From contig OY781964.1 of the NCBI GenBank assembly GCA_963677485.1, positions 4,896,001 to 4,960,000 of the forward strand: 64,000 nt of DNA, in the 5' to 3' direction. The notes beneath the pieces were generated by a model. It was not told where the DNA came from. It was given only the letters and a program-made list of their open reading frames with translations, and made no database searches. This document shows, piece after piece, positions 1 to 10,300 of the stretch (position 1 is the stretch's first letter; every line of letters begins with the position of its first letter). A program made the translations under genes and the position numbers. The stretch is from Armatimonadota bacterium (lineage in GTDB: Bacteria > Armatimonadota > HRBIN16).

Positions 1-740
1 TCGTCATCTGCGAATATGACCCGTTTGTCGCCTTCTTCCGGCTAAGCGGAAGCCTGACGATGCTGATCTACGGCGGTCTGGTGCTGCTGCTGGCGGTGTA
101 TATCGGCCGCCCATATTGCCGATTCCTCTGCCCGTATGGCGCGCTGCTCCGACTGGTTTCGCCTCTGGCAAAATGGCGCGTGACCATCACGCCCGACAAG
201 TGCATCCAGTGCCGCCTTTGCGAAAAAGCCTGCCCGTTTGGTGAGATTAGGATGCCGACCCAGGATATGCCCACCAAACGCCAGGAAGGCAAACGGCAGT
301 TGACGCTCTGGCTGGCTATGCTGCCGGTGATCGTCACAGCGGGAGTGTTGTTAGGCTACCTTGGCAGTGCGCAGATGTCTCACACTAACCGCAATGTGCA
401 ACTAGCAGAACGGCTGTGGAAAGAAGAACACAAATCGGTAGAAGGCACCACGGACCAAACCACCGCTTTCAATAAACTAGGATCACCTAACGCCGTGTCC
501 TATCAAAAAGCATTGGCTGTCCAACAGCAGTTCAAGAGCTTCGGCATGTGGTTTGGAGGCTGGCTAGGACTGGTCATCAGCCTGAAAATGATCATGCTGT
601 CTATCCGTCGACGGCGGACTGATTATGAGGCCGACTCGGCAGGCTGCATCGGATGCGCCCGCTGTTATGTGACCTGCCCTGTGGAACGAGCCCGTCATGG
701 TGATCTGGATGCCATCAAGCTGCTTGAGGAGAAATCATGA
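1..740 (+). CDS. Membrane-bound 4Fe-4S (NapH/MauN-type polyferredoxin) protein, 5'-truncated by window edge
   Basis: Frame open from position 3 (VICEYDPFVAFF...). Motifs RPYCRFLCPYGA, CIQCRLCEKACP and CIGCARCYVTCP alternate with hydrophobic TM segments. Confidence 0.85.
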   Translation, partial: VICEYDPFVAFFRLSGSLTMLIYGGLVLLLAVYIGRPYCRFLCPYGALLRLVSPLAKWRVTITPDKCIQCRLCEKACPFGEIRMPTQDMPTKRQEGKRQLTLWLAMLPVIVTAGVLLGYLGSAQMSHTNRNVQLAERLWKEEHKSVEGTTDQTTAFNKLGSPNAVSYQKALAVQQQFKSFGMWFGGWLGLVISLKMIMLSIRRRRTDYEADSAGCIGCARCYVTCPVERARHGDLDAIKLLEEKS

Positions 741-2719
741 CCAACAGCAGTAAAGCCACAAACCAGAATTTGAACCCCGCAGAGACGTACCAGTCGTTGA
801 TGATCACCATAGCGATCATCGCTGTTTTTTGCCTGGTAGTCACCACACTGATGTTGTTCAATCATGACAAGATCAGTCGCACCGATCCAAGGTATGCGGC
901 TTCGTTGATCAGCCTCAAACAGCAGCTGCATAAACAGCCAACCGATGAAGCGCTTAAAGCGAAGTTAAGGGACACCGATGCCGCACTCCGAAAAGAGTAT
1001 CTGCGGCGACTGGACTTCGCCAACACTGGCAGCTATCTGTTGTTTATCGGGATTGCTGGTCTGCTGGTCGCCATCCCCGCCGCCGCGCAATATAGGCGGA
1101 AGATCGCTTTGCCGGAGGCGCAGACTGACGTCAGCGAAGAACAACGACGAGCGGCCAGGTTGCCCAGAATTGGTATCGCCACTCTGGGTATCGTGATCGC
1201 GGGTGGTATGGTGACCTTCGCGTTCACCTCGAACGGTGACTTGACCGAAGGTTACAAGAAATCGGTCAGCGATTATCTCAAGAGTAAGCCTGCACAATCT
1301 GCGGACCACAGCCAACCGGCACCTGTGGCCAGTGCCGCGAACACACCCGCTGCTGCTGGCTCTATGCCTACAAGCTCCACACCTCCGGCTATGACAGGAC
1401 CGATACCTGCCCTGCCTCCGTTGCCAGGACAGGCCAATCCGACAGTCACCAGTCCTGATGCTGCCAAACAAGCACCGGCTGCACCTGTCAAACCGCCGCA
1501 ATTGGCTGTGGAAGCGGCATTTGACGCACAAGACTACGCCCCCACACTCGAGGAATACAACCAGAACTGGCCGGTGTTCCGCGGACCATCAGCCGGCACC
1601 GTCTCCGGCTCGTATCCGACTAGCTGGGATGCCTCATCGGGTAAGTTAATTCTTTGGAAAACACCGATACCCCTGCCAGGATGGAACTCCCCAGTCGTGT
1701 GGAAGGACCGTGTGTTCCTGGCCGGAGCTGACAAGCAGAAGCGAGAACTATACTGCTTTGCTGCTAATGATGGCAAGCTCTTGTGGAGCAAGACCATTGA
1801 TGTGCTCGTTGCTGGAAAGCCGCCTGAGGTATATGATGACACCGGCTATGCGGCCCCGACTCTGGCCGTCAACGGCATGCATGTTTTCGCCATCTTTCCA
1901 AACGGCGATGTGGTCTGTTACAGCCTGACTGGCGAGATGGTATGGCAGCGTAACCTGGGTGAGCTGGAGAGCATGTACGGATACGCCTCGTCGCTCAGCT
2001 TGTATAAAAGCTTGCTTATTATTCAGTATGATCAAGGCTCAGGCGATGACGGCAAGTCGGCATTGATGGCACTACAAAGCAGCACCGGGAAGATCGTTTG
2101 GCTGACACACCGCGACGTCGCGAACTCCTGGAGCAGCCCACTCGTGGTGAACACCAATGAAAGTGGCTTGATCATCACCAATGCCAACCCGTGGTCTATT
2201 GGCTATGATGCACTGACGGGCAAGGAGCTTTGGCGGGCCAAGCTGATGAGCGGTGATGTCGCTCCCTCTGCTGCGTATACCGATGGAATCGCCTATCTTT
2301 GTAACTCAGGCGCAGTGCTGGCCGCTGTCCGAACTGATGGAACTGGCGACGTCACCAAGTCTAAAGTGTTATGGCAATCAACTGATGGCCTACCCGATAT
2401 TACGAGCCCTGCCTCCAATGGCGAATACGTATTTACTGTCACCACCGAAGGCACCCTCACCTGCCATGACACGAAGCAGGGAAAAAAGCTCTGGGACCAC
2501 GCTTACGATGGGGTTTTCAAAGCATCACCCGTGATCATCGGACACAGTGTGTATCTTCTGGACGGTGAAGGCGTGATGCATATCGTCAGCCTGAAGCAGA
2601 GTTTCACTGAAGAATCCACGGCTTCAATTGGTGAGAAGGCCAACGCAACCCCAGCATTTTCCGCCGGCCGAATATATATCCGCGGACAGAACCACCTGTT
2701 CTGCATAGGTGCCAAGTAA
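737..2719 (+). CDS. Membrane-anchored PQQ-like (BamB-type) beta-propeller repeat protein
   Basis: Three N-terminal hydrophobic segments, a Pro/Ala-rich linker, then NWPVFRGP and repeated xxGKxxW blade motifs (DGKLLW, TGEMVW, TGKIVW, TGKELW). ATGA overlap with the upstream gene. Confidence 0.85.
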   Translation: MTNSSKATNQNLNPAETYQSLMITIAIIAVFCLVVTTLMLFNHDKISRTDPRYAASLISLKQQLHKQPTDEALKAKLRDTDAALRKEYLRRLDFANTGSYLLFIGIAGLLVAIPAAAQYRRKIALPEAQTDVSEEQRRAARLPRIGIATLGIVIAGGMVTFAFTSNGDLTEGYKKSVSDYLKSKPAQSADHSQPAPVASAANTPAAAGSMPTSSTPPAMTGPIPALPPLPGQANPTVTSPDAAKQAPAAPVKPPQLAVEAAFDAQDYAPTLEEYNQNWPVFRGPSAGTVSGSYPTSWDASSGKLILWKTPIPLPGWNSPVVWKDRVFLAGADKQKRELYCFAANDGKLLWSKTIDVLVAGKPPEVYDDTGYAAPTLAVNGMHVFAIFPNGDVVCYSLTGEMVWQRNLGELESMYGYASSLSLYKSLLIIQYDQGSGDDGKSALMALQSSTGKIVWLTHRDVANSWSSPLVVNTNESGLIITNANPWSIGYDALTGKELWRAKLMSGDVAPSAAYTDGIAYLCNSGAVLAAVRTDGTGDVTKSKVLWQSTDGLPDITSPASNGEYVFTVTTEGTLTCHDTKQGKKLWDHAYDGVFKASPVIIGHSVYLLDGEGVMHIVSLKQSFTEESTASIGEKANATPAFSAGRIYIRGQNHLFCIGAK

Positions 2720-5094
2720 TGACCCTAGTCACCAGCGCGGTCAAGAACAATATCGACTTGTCTCGAACAGATGCCATCGTCGAGAAGTTCGGCACAAAAC
2801 AGAATGCGGTCATTCCAATATTGCAGGCCATACAGGAGGAATACAGGTATCTTCCTGAAGAGGCTTTACGGCGGGTTTGTGAGATCACCGATATCACCCC
2901 CGCCTCGATATCCGGAGTGGCCTCATTCTACTCGCAGTTCAGGCATAAACCTGTGGGACGGCACCTCATCAGCGTCTGCCATGGCACCGCCTGCCATGTG
3001 AAGGGTGCAGAGCTGGTGCATGACGCCATCCTGCGCGACCTCGGCATCTCTGGCGATGACGACACCGATAGGGATGGCGTCTTCACGGTCCAAAAAGTTT
3101 CGTGCCTTGGCTGCTGCACACTGGCTCCTGCTCTGCAGATCGACGGCATCACCTATGGACACCTCACACCGGACACGGTGCATAAATCACTGAAAGATTT
3201 TCTGCAGTTGGAGCAGCGCGGTGCGGTAGCTTCTCGGTTCACCATCCAGCACAAAGAACCCAAACTGTCCGCGGAGATAAGAATCGGCATGGGATCCTGC
3301 TGCATCGCTGGTGGAAGTTCCGATGTGCGGGACGCGCTCGAAACGGCCATCCACGACACCCACGCCGCAGTGGCGGTCAAGACTGTGGGCTGTGTGGGGA
3401 TGTGCCACCGCACACCGCTGGTGGAGGTGATCGCCCCCGATGGCGGTTCGACGATGTATGCCAAAGTGGATGCGAATGATGCGGCAGGGATTGTGAAACG
3501 CCACTTCAAGCCGCACGGTATCATCCGCCAGTTGAAAGCCGGGCTTTCGGGCATGATCGACAGCCTATTGACTGACGAATCATGGGAGCCTGTCACCCGG
3601 TATTCGATTGATGTGCGGGAGCCATCGGTTCACGCGTTTGCCCATCGCCAGTTGCATCTGGCCACTGAGACCTGCGGGCGTGTGGACCCATTGAACCTGG
3701 ACGAATATATCCAACACGAGGGCTTTACCGCTCTGCGGAAGTGCATCGATGAACACACTCCTCAGGAAGTGATCGAGGCCATCCGACAGTCCGGGCTGCG
3801 TGGACGCGGAGGCGCCGGTTTCCCCACAGGTGACAAGTGGAACATGGTGCGGAAGAGCGAGGGTGAACTGAAATACATCATCTGCAACGGTGATGAAGGC
3901 GATCCTGGTGCCTTTATGGACCGGATGATGCTGGAATCCTACCCCTATCGTGTACTCGAGGGTATGGCGATTGCCGCTTACGCCGTTGGAGCCAGTGAGG
4001 GATATCTGTATATCAGGGCGGAGTATCCCCTGGCGGTCAAACGAATCAAAGAAGCGATCGAGGTCTGTCAAAACAAGGGCCTGCTGGGCGAGCATGTCGC
4101 TGGCAGCAGCTTCTCTCTGAATCTTCATGTGATGGAAGGTGCAGGAGCCTTCGTCTGCGGTGAAGAGACGGCCCTGATGGCCTCAATCGAGGGGCGTCGG
4201 GGCAACCCAAGGCTTCGCCCACCCTATCCTGCCGAATCCGGCCTTTGGGGCAAACCCACCAGCATCAACAACGTGGAGACCTACGCATTGGTGCCCTGGA
4301 TCATGCGGAACGGGCATGAAGAGTTCGCTGCGTTGGGCACAGGAAAAAGCAAGGGCACCAAGGTGTTCGCACTCGCCGGCAAGATCGTGCGCGGTGGGTT
4401 GATTGAAGTTCCGATGGGTATCACCGTCAACGAGATCGTCAATGAGATCGGTGGGGGCGTGCCAAACGGTCGGAAATTCAAGGCTGTGCAGATTGGGGGG
4501 CCCTCAGGGGGCTGCATTCCAGCGCAGCTCGGTGACACACCTGTCGACTATGAAACACTGAAGTCAGTCGGTGCCATCATGGGCTCTGGCGGGTTGGTGG
4601 TGATCGACGACACCGACTGCATGGTGGACATCGCCCGGTATTTTATTGAGTTTACCCAACGCGAATCATGCGGGAAATGCACCTTCTGCCGCGTCGGCAC
4701 ACAACGGATGCTGGATATCCTCACCCGATTGTGTAGCGGCAAAGGCAAACACGGTGACATCGAGAAGCTCGAAGAGCTGGCGCATCAAGTGAAGCTGTCC
4801 AGCCTGTGCGGTCTGGGCCAGACGGCCCCTAACCCCGTTCTCTCGACGCTGAGGTACTTCCGCGATGAATACGAAGCCCACATTGCAGGACATTGCCCCG
4901 CAGGCAAATGCCGAGCCTTGATCCATTACACCATTAACGACCAATGCATCGGCTGTACTAAGTGCGCTCAGAAATGTCCCACTGATGCCATCTCCATACT
5001 TCCCTACCAAAAGCATGAGATCGACCAGCTCAAGTGCATCCGGTGTGACACCTGCCGGCATGTATGTCCTACAGACGCAGTGACGGTGAACTAA
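2719..5094 (+). CDS. Fused NuoE/HydC-NuoF/HydB-like NADH-binding FMN/Fe-S subunit
   Basis: N-terminal CHGTAC...CLGCC 2Fe-2S domain, Trx-like domain (GSCC...GCVGMC), GLRGRGGAGFP, CNGDEGDPGAFMDR, GAGAFVCGEET, SCGKCTFC...CGLG, HIAGHCPAGKC, and C-terminal 2x4Fe-4S. Confidence 0.92.
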   Translation: MTLVTSAVKNNIDLSRTDAIVEKFGTKQNAVIPILQAIQEEYRYLPEEALRRVCEITDITPASISGVASFYSQFRHKPVGRHLISVCHGTACHVKGAELVHDAILRDLGISGDDDTDRDGVFTVQKVSCLGCCTLAPALQIDGITYGHLTPDTVHKSLKDFLQLEQRGAVASRFTIQHKEPKLSAEIRIGMGSCCIAGGSSDVRDALETAIHDTHAAVAVKTVGCVGMCHRTPLVEVIAPDGGSTMYAKVDANDAAGIVKRHFKPHGIIRQLKAGLSGMIDSLLTDESWEPVTRYSIDVREPSVHAFAHRQLHLATETCGRVDPLNLDEYIQHEGFTALRKCIDEHTPQEVIEAIRQSGLRGRGGAGFPTGDKWNMVRKSEGELKYIICNGDEGDPGAFMDRMMLESYPYRVLEGMAIAAYAVGASEGYLYIRAEYPLAVKRIKEAIEVCQNKGLLGEHVAGSSFSLNLHVMEGAGAFVCGEETALMASIEGRRGNPRLRPPYPAESGLWGKPTSINNVETYALVPWIMRNGHEEFAALGTGKSKGTKVFALAGKIVRGGLIEVPMGITVNEIVNEIGGGVPNGRKFKAVQIGGPSGGCIPAQLGDTPVDYETLKSVGAIMGSGGLVVIDDTDCMVDIARYFIEFTQRESCGKCTFCRVGTQRMLDILTRLCSGKGKHGDIEKLEELAHQVKLSSLCGLGQTAPNPVLSTLRYFRDEYEAHIAGHCPAGKCRALIHYTINDQCIGCTKCAQKCPTDAISILPYQKHEIDQLKCIRCDTCRHVCPTDAVTVN

Positions 5095-5096
5095 CA

Positions 5097-6695
5097 ATGC
5101 CCGTATTATCTATCGACGGCCGTACGGTTCATGTTGCGCCGGGATCTACGATCCTCGACGCCGCGACCGCCGCTGGCATCAAGATTCCAACGATGTGCTT
5201 CCTGAAGGATCTTCCCGCCCAGACATCTTGTCTCGTCTGCGTGGTCAGAGTCAATGGCTCACCGCGGCTGGTGCCTTCCTGTGCCACCCTCGCAACGGAT
5301 GGCATGGTGGTGGACAGCAGCAGCGAGGATGTCGTCACAGCGCGCAGAACGGCCTTGGAGTTGCTGCTTGGCAACCACCTGGGCGACTGTGTCGGCCCGT
5401 GTCAAACAGCCTGCCCTGCCCATATGGATATACCCTCTATGATCGCCCAAATCGCTGCGGGCGACTACAGGCGGGCGATCATCACGATCAAGCAGCATAT
5501 TGCACTGCCTGCCGTTTTGGGCAGGATTTGCCCTGAGCTGTGCGAGCGGAGCTGTCACCGTGCGACACATGATTCGCCATTGTCGATCTGCCGGCTCAAG
5601 CGGTTTGCCGCGGATGTTGATCTGGCATCACCCCAGCCTTATCTACCGGATTGTGTTCCACCCTCTGGTAAACGGGTGGCGATCATCGGTGCCGGCCCGA
5701 CAGGGCTTGCTGCGGCTTATTATCTGCTGCAGATGGGACATCAATGCGTCATCTTCGATGAACACGAACAGCCTGGGGGGATGCTTCGGTACGGTGTCAC
5801 TCCAGACCGGTTGCCCCACAATATACTTGATGCCGAAATTGGGCTGATCCTTCAGCTTGGAGCCGAACTACATACCAACTACTGCTGCGATGATGCTCAG
5901 TGCCTGGATGAGCTCAGCTCTCAACACGATGCTGTTCTGCTGGCCTGCGGCAAGCTGGACGGAGAGAAAATGGCCCGTCTGGGACTGAAGGCCACCGCGA
6001 ACGGTATTCAGGTAGACCGACTGACGATGATGAGCTCAAAACCTGGGGTGTTTGCCGCGGGCTCGGTAGTCACGCCCTCGCAGTACGCGGTGCGAGCGGT
6101 GGCGAAAGGCCGATCTGCAGCTATTGCCATTGACCATTATCTGAACGGATATGCCTCGGATGCTGACCATGCGCCGTTCTCAGTTCATATGGGACACCTG
6201 CAGGAAAGCGAAATTGCCATCATGATGGAGGGTACCAGCGTATCCAGTCGCGTAGCTCCGCAGGGTGATGGTTTCACCGAGAACGAGGCCGTGACCGAGG
6301 CTAGTCGGTGTATGCGCTGCGAATGCGGAAAGCTGCATGGATGCAAGCTCCGCGACTACAGCATTGAACTGAAGGCCTCCCCCACGCGGTTCAAAGGCGC
6401 TCGCGAGCTGCTGCGCCGTTTTCAGAACCATCCCTTCGTTATTTACGAGTCTGGTAAATGCATCACGTGTGGATTGTGTATCGAGCTCTGCCAGAAATCC
6501 GCTGAGCCCATAGGATTGGCCTTCATGGGACGTGGTTTCGATGTCAAGCCTGGTATCCCATTCAATGAGCCATTCGCTCAAGCATTGGAAGCGGTCGCAG
6601 TTGAGTGTGTGAACGCCTGCCCCACCGGTGCGCTGGTGATGAAGAAGACAAAGAGCCAATCGGCCCCTGAGGAGATACAGCATGAGCCAATCTGA
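5097..6695 (+). CDS. Fe-S/FAD oxidoreductase subunit: NuoG/HydA-type Fe-S scaffold with GltD-like insert and no catalytic H-cluster or Mo domain
   Basis: IPTMC...CLVCVV...PSC 2Fe-2S; GPCQTACPAHMDIP and LGRICPELCE (GltD Fe-S); IIGAGPTG FAD motif; RCMRCEC...C; KCITCGLC...CPTGAL. Start moved to ATG 5097, just after the upstream stop. Confidence 0.85.
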   Translation: MPVLSIDGRTVHVAPGSTILDAATAAGIKIPTMCFLKDLPAQTSCLVCVVRVNGSPRLVPSCATLATDGMVVDSSSEDVVTARRTALELLLGNHLGDCVGPCQTACPAHMDIPSMIAQIAAGDYRRAIITIKQHIALPAVLGRICPELCERSCHRATHDSPLSICRLKRFAADVDLASPQPYLPDCVPPSGKRVAIIGAGPTGLAAAYYLLQMGHQCVIFDEHEQPGGMLRYGVTPDRLPHNILDAEIGLILQLGAELHTNYCCDDAQCLDELSSQHDAVLLACGKLDGEKMARLGLKATANGIQVDRLTMMSSKPGVFAAGSVVTPSQYAVRAVAKGRSAAIAIDHYLNGYASDADHAPFSVHMGHLQESEIAIMMEGTSVSSRVAPQGDGFTENEAVTEASRCMRCECGKLHGCKLRDYSIELKASPTRFKGARELLRRFQNHPFVIYESGKCITCGLCIELCQKSAEPIGLAFMGRGFDVKPGIPFNEPFAQALEAVAVECVNACPTGALVMKKTKSQSAPEEIQHEPI

Positions 6696-7395
6696 AGGAC
6701 GGCTGATACTGTCCAATATCACGAAGAACTACACGTCGGAGCAGGGCACTACGCCGATTTTGAAGGATATCTTCGTCAATGTAGAGCCTGGAGAGACTCT
6801 GGCTATCATAGGGCCTTCAGGCTCGGGCAAAAGCACGCTGTTGAACATCATTGGTTCCCTGGATAAGCCGACATCTGGAACTGTCATGATAGATACGACC
6901 GATGTCACAGCTCTGGAAGGCGATGCATTGGCGTCTTTTCGAGCCAAACAGGTTGGTTTTGTGTTCCAGGAGCACCATCTGCTGCCGCAATTGACCGCCG
7001 TTGAAAATGTGATGCTGCCCTCCATACCGGCTGGGTGTGATACCACGGCCTTGAAAGTCGCCCAGTCGCTACTGGAGCGGGTCGGTGTATCGCACCGGGC
7101 GGAGGCCTTCCCTGCCCAGATGTCAGGCGGCGAACGCCAGCGGACCGTGGTCGCACGCGCCTTGGTGAACGGAGCACGGCTGCTGCTCTGCGATGAACCG
7201 ACCGGCAGTCTGGACCGTGATTCCGGTGCGAACATCATCGCATTGCTGCTGGAATTGGCGGAGACACAAAGCGTGACGGTCATCATTGTCACGCATAACC
7301 TCGAACACGCACAGAGGTTCCACAGGTGTATGAAACTGGTGGACGGCCAACTGGTAGACTACGACCCGCACACGGGCCACGGAGCGGTTCTGTGA
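6682..7395 (+). CDS. ABC transporter ATP-binding protein (LolD/MacB type)
   Basis: Walker A GPSGSGKST, GFVFQ Q-loop, MSGGERQR signature, LLLCDEPTG Walker B, VTHN H-loop. Confidence 0.95.
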   Translation: MSQSEGRLILSNITKNYTSEQGTTPILKDIFVNVEPGETLAIIGPSGSGKSTLLNIIGSLDKPTSGTVMIDTTDVTALEGDALASFRAKQVGFVFQEHHLLPQLTAVENVMLPSIPAGCDTTALKVAQSLLERVGVSHRAEAFPAQMSGGERQRTVVARALVNGARLLLCDEPTGSLDRDSGANIIALLLELAETQSVTVIIVTHNLEHAQRFHRCMKLVDGQLVDYDPHTGHGAVL

Positions 7396-10300
7396 CACTG
7401 CGACAGCTCATACTTCGCAGCCTTCGCTATTACCTGCGCACCAACGCGGTGGTTGTTTTCGGGCTGGCGATCACCTCTGCTGTGATCATCGGTTCGCTCA
7501 TGATCGGTGATTCCATCAAAGGTAGCCTGCTGAATACCGCCACATCGAGGCTGGGCAGCATCGACTATGCCCTCAGTTCCCAGAGGTTATTTCGTTCTGA
7601 TTTGTCTAAGGATTTGCCCCAAAGCTCCACACTTAAGGGTAGAGTTAAACACATCTCCTCCGCCCTCTTAATCAAGGCCACCGTCGAGAACACAGACACC
7701 GAGCTGGCCTTACCAAATGTCAGCGTCGTGGGCATCGATGAGTCATTCACCAAGCTCTTCCCCAACCAGGCAGTACCGACACCGACGGGCCGTCAAGCGG
7801 TCATCAACACGGCACTGGCTGATGAACTGGGGGTCAAGGCCGGTGATAGCATCATCCTCAACCTGGACAAGCAAAGTGCGATACCTTCAGGGACCCTCTT
7901 TTCGCACCAGTTGCCTGATGACACGCAGGCCACGCTACGGCTGGAGGTATCGGCTGTGGTCGGTGATCAGGGCTTTGGTGGGTTCCGGCTTGATAATTCC
8001 GTGGAGGTTCCCCGTAATATCTTCGTATCGGCGGACTGGCTAGCATCGGAGATCGGAAAGCAGGGCATGGCGAACACTCTACTGGTTCAACAAGAGACGT
8101 CCAGTGAAGATATTGTCTCGATATTGCAAACCTCACTCCGATCTGCTTGTAGTATCGAAGATCACGGCCTCAAGATGGCCAACAACAAGCTACAATCCAC
8201 TCTCTCCCTCCAAAGTGATTCTCTGGTCTTCAGCGATCGTCAACTTGAGGCTGCACAAGCGGCCATCACCCAATGCCGATTCAGAGGGAACCTAACCTCC
8301 ATCTACCTCGCGACAGAAATCCGAAACATCAGCCGAAATGGCGCCTCGATATCCTACGCTATCGTCTCAGGATTAAAACCGAGTGTTCCGTTCAGTTTTG
8401 CCTCAGGCGGATCGGCGGAGCCCGAATCAGCCGGCATTTGGTTGAACTCCTGGGCCGCCCAGGACCTTAAGACGCGCGTTGGCGACATACTTGAGCTCAG
8501 CTATCTCGTACCCATGAAAGACGGCAGTTATCACAGCTTCAAACTTCAACGGACTCTCACGGGCATTGTGAACATCACCGGCCCTGCCGCTGATAAAGGG
8601 CTTGTGCCCGACTTTGAAGGCATGACCAACACCAAGAGCATAGAAGACTGGAAAACACCTTTCCCCGTCGATCTTCGCAGCGTCACGGAACGCGACGACT
8701 TGTATTGGGCGAAATACAGCACCACGCCAAAGGCTTATGTGAATCTGTCCACCACGAAGCTCATGTGGTCAGCCGCATCCACTGACAACGGATGGATCAC
8801 TTCGATACGCATCCCTTATCGTGCAGGGACAGATCCGACTGTTGTGAAGGCCATGCTGGAGCGTGCGATTTTAGCCAATCTGCTTCCTGAAGAATCGGGA
8901 CTCGTGTTTCGTCCTGTCCGCCGACTTGCTGTGGAATCAGCTCAGGGTAACACCGACTTCGGCCAACTATTCCTGGTGATGAGCTCTTTTATCATCATAG
9001 CTGGCGCGAGTCTGGCAGCCACCCTGCTTAAGCTCTCCAGTGAGCGTAGAGCCGCCGAAATCGGCACCATGCTGGTGTGCGGCTTCAGACCAGCGACCAC
9101 CATGCAGGTGTTGCTGGGTGAAGGCTCAATACTGGCCTTGGCAGGAGCGTTGCTGGGTCTGCCGTTGGGCATCCTGTATGCCTGGGGCGTGGTCTCCGCA
9201 TTGAAACTATGGTGGACGACAGCCGTAGGCACTTCCTTCTTGTCGATCAGCATTAACCCGGTAAGCCTGTTGGTCGGCATCGTCTCAGCTTTAGGCGTAG
9301 GCCTATTGGCGGTCTGGTTGGCGGTTCGACGCCTCAGAGATATGCAAGTCCTACAGTTAATCTCTGGGTGGCAAAGCCTCGGTACCCATCAAAACCACAG
9401 CTCGCAGAGACGCAGCCTGATAGCTCTGGCGGTCTGCGTCATCTTAACTCTAGTGCTACTGGCGGTCTCCATGTCAGTAGCGGTGAAGTCAGCCGAAGCG
9501 CTGCTGTTTTGCACGGGTGCCGTGATGCTAATCGGGTCGATTGCCGGTGTGAATGTGGTTCTGATCCGGCTGATGCATCGGAGGTTCTCCATTCCCTCGA
9601 TAGGCAAACTGGCATTACGAAGCATGTCTGCCAATCGCGGCCGCAGTTTGTTGATAGTAGGGTTGATGGCTGCCGCGGCCTTTACGATCATCACTGTCGC
9701 TGCCAGCACACGCGACTTTTCCCGCATGGATTATGCGGATCGCAACTCCGGAACGGGTGGATTTGCACTCAAAGCGGTCGCGACACAGCCGATCGCATAT
9801 GACCTGAATAGCCCGAAGACGCGGGCCGATCTGGGGTTTACTCCAGAAGATGAACGCAGCTTGAAAGGGGTTCAGTTTGTCTCATTTCTGGCAAATCAAG
9901 GTGATGACATTAGCTGCTTGAATCCAGCCAAGGTGGCTCAGCCCAGAGTGCTGGGTGTGAGTCCACAGATGATCTCCCGTGGCGGATTTGGAGCTAAGGC
10001 AGATGGCGGAAACAGTCCCTGGCGATCGCTGAATTCCACGAATTTGGACTTCGAGTGGATCCCTGTGATCGGTGATGCCGATACGGTGATATGGAACATT
10101 CATTCCGGACTTGACCAAACCACGAGCCTGCAGGGCAGTGGCGGCGATACGCATAAAGCCCGGTTTACGGCCTTGCTGCCCAGAAGCATATTCGCCAGCG
10201 AACTGCTCATATCTGAGCACTGGTTCAGGAAACTATTTCCGGAGGTACACGATCCACGATATTTCCTGGTGGATGTGCCTTCCGCGAACGTGAAGGCAGT

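Noticed and set aside
2719-6695. Calling these genes respiratory complex I nuoEFG, a second hydrogenase or glutamate synthase
   Set aside because: No other nuo genes, no H-cluster motifs, no gltB, and the GltD-like part is incomplete.
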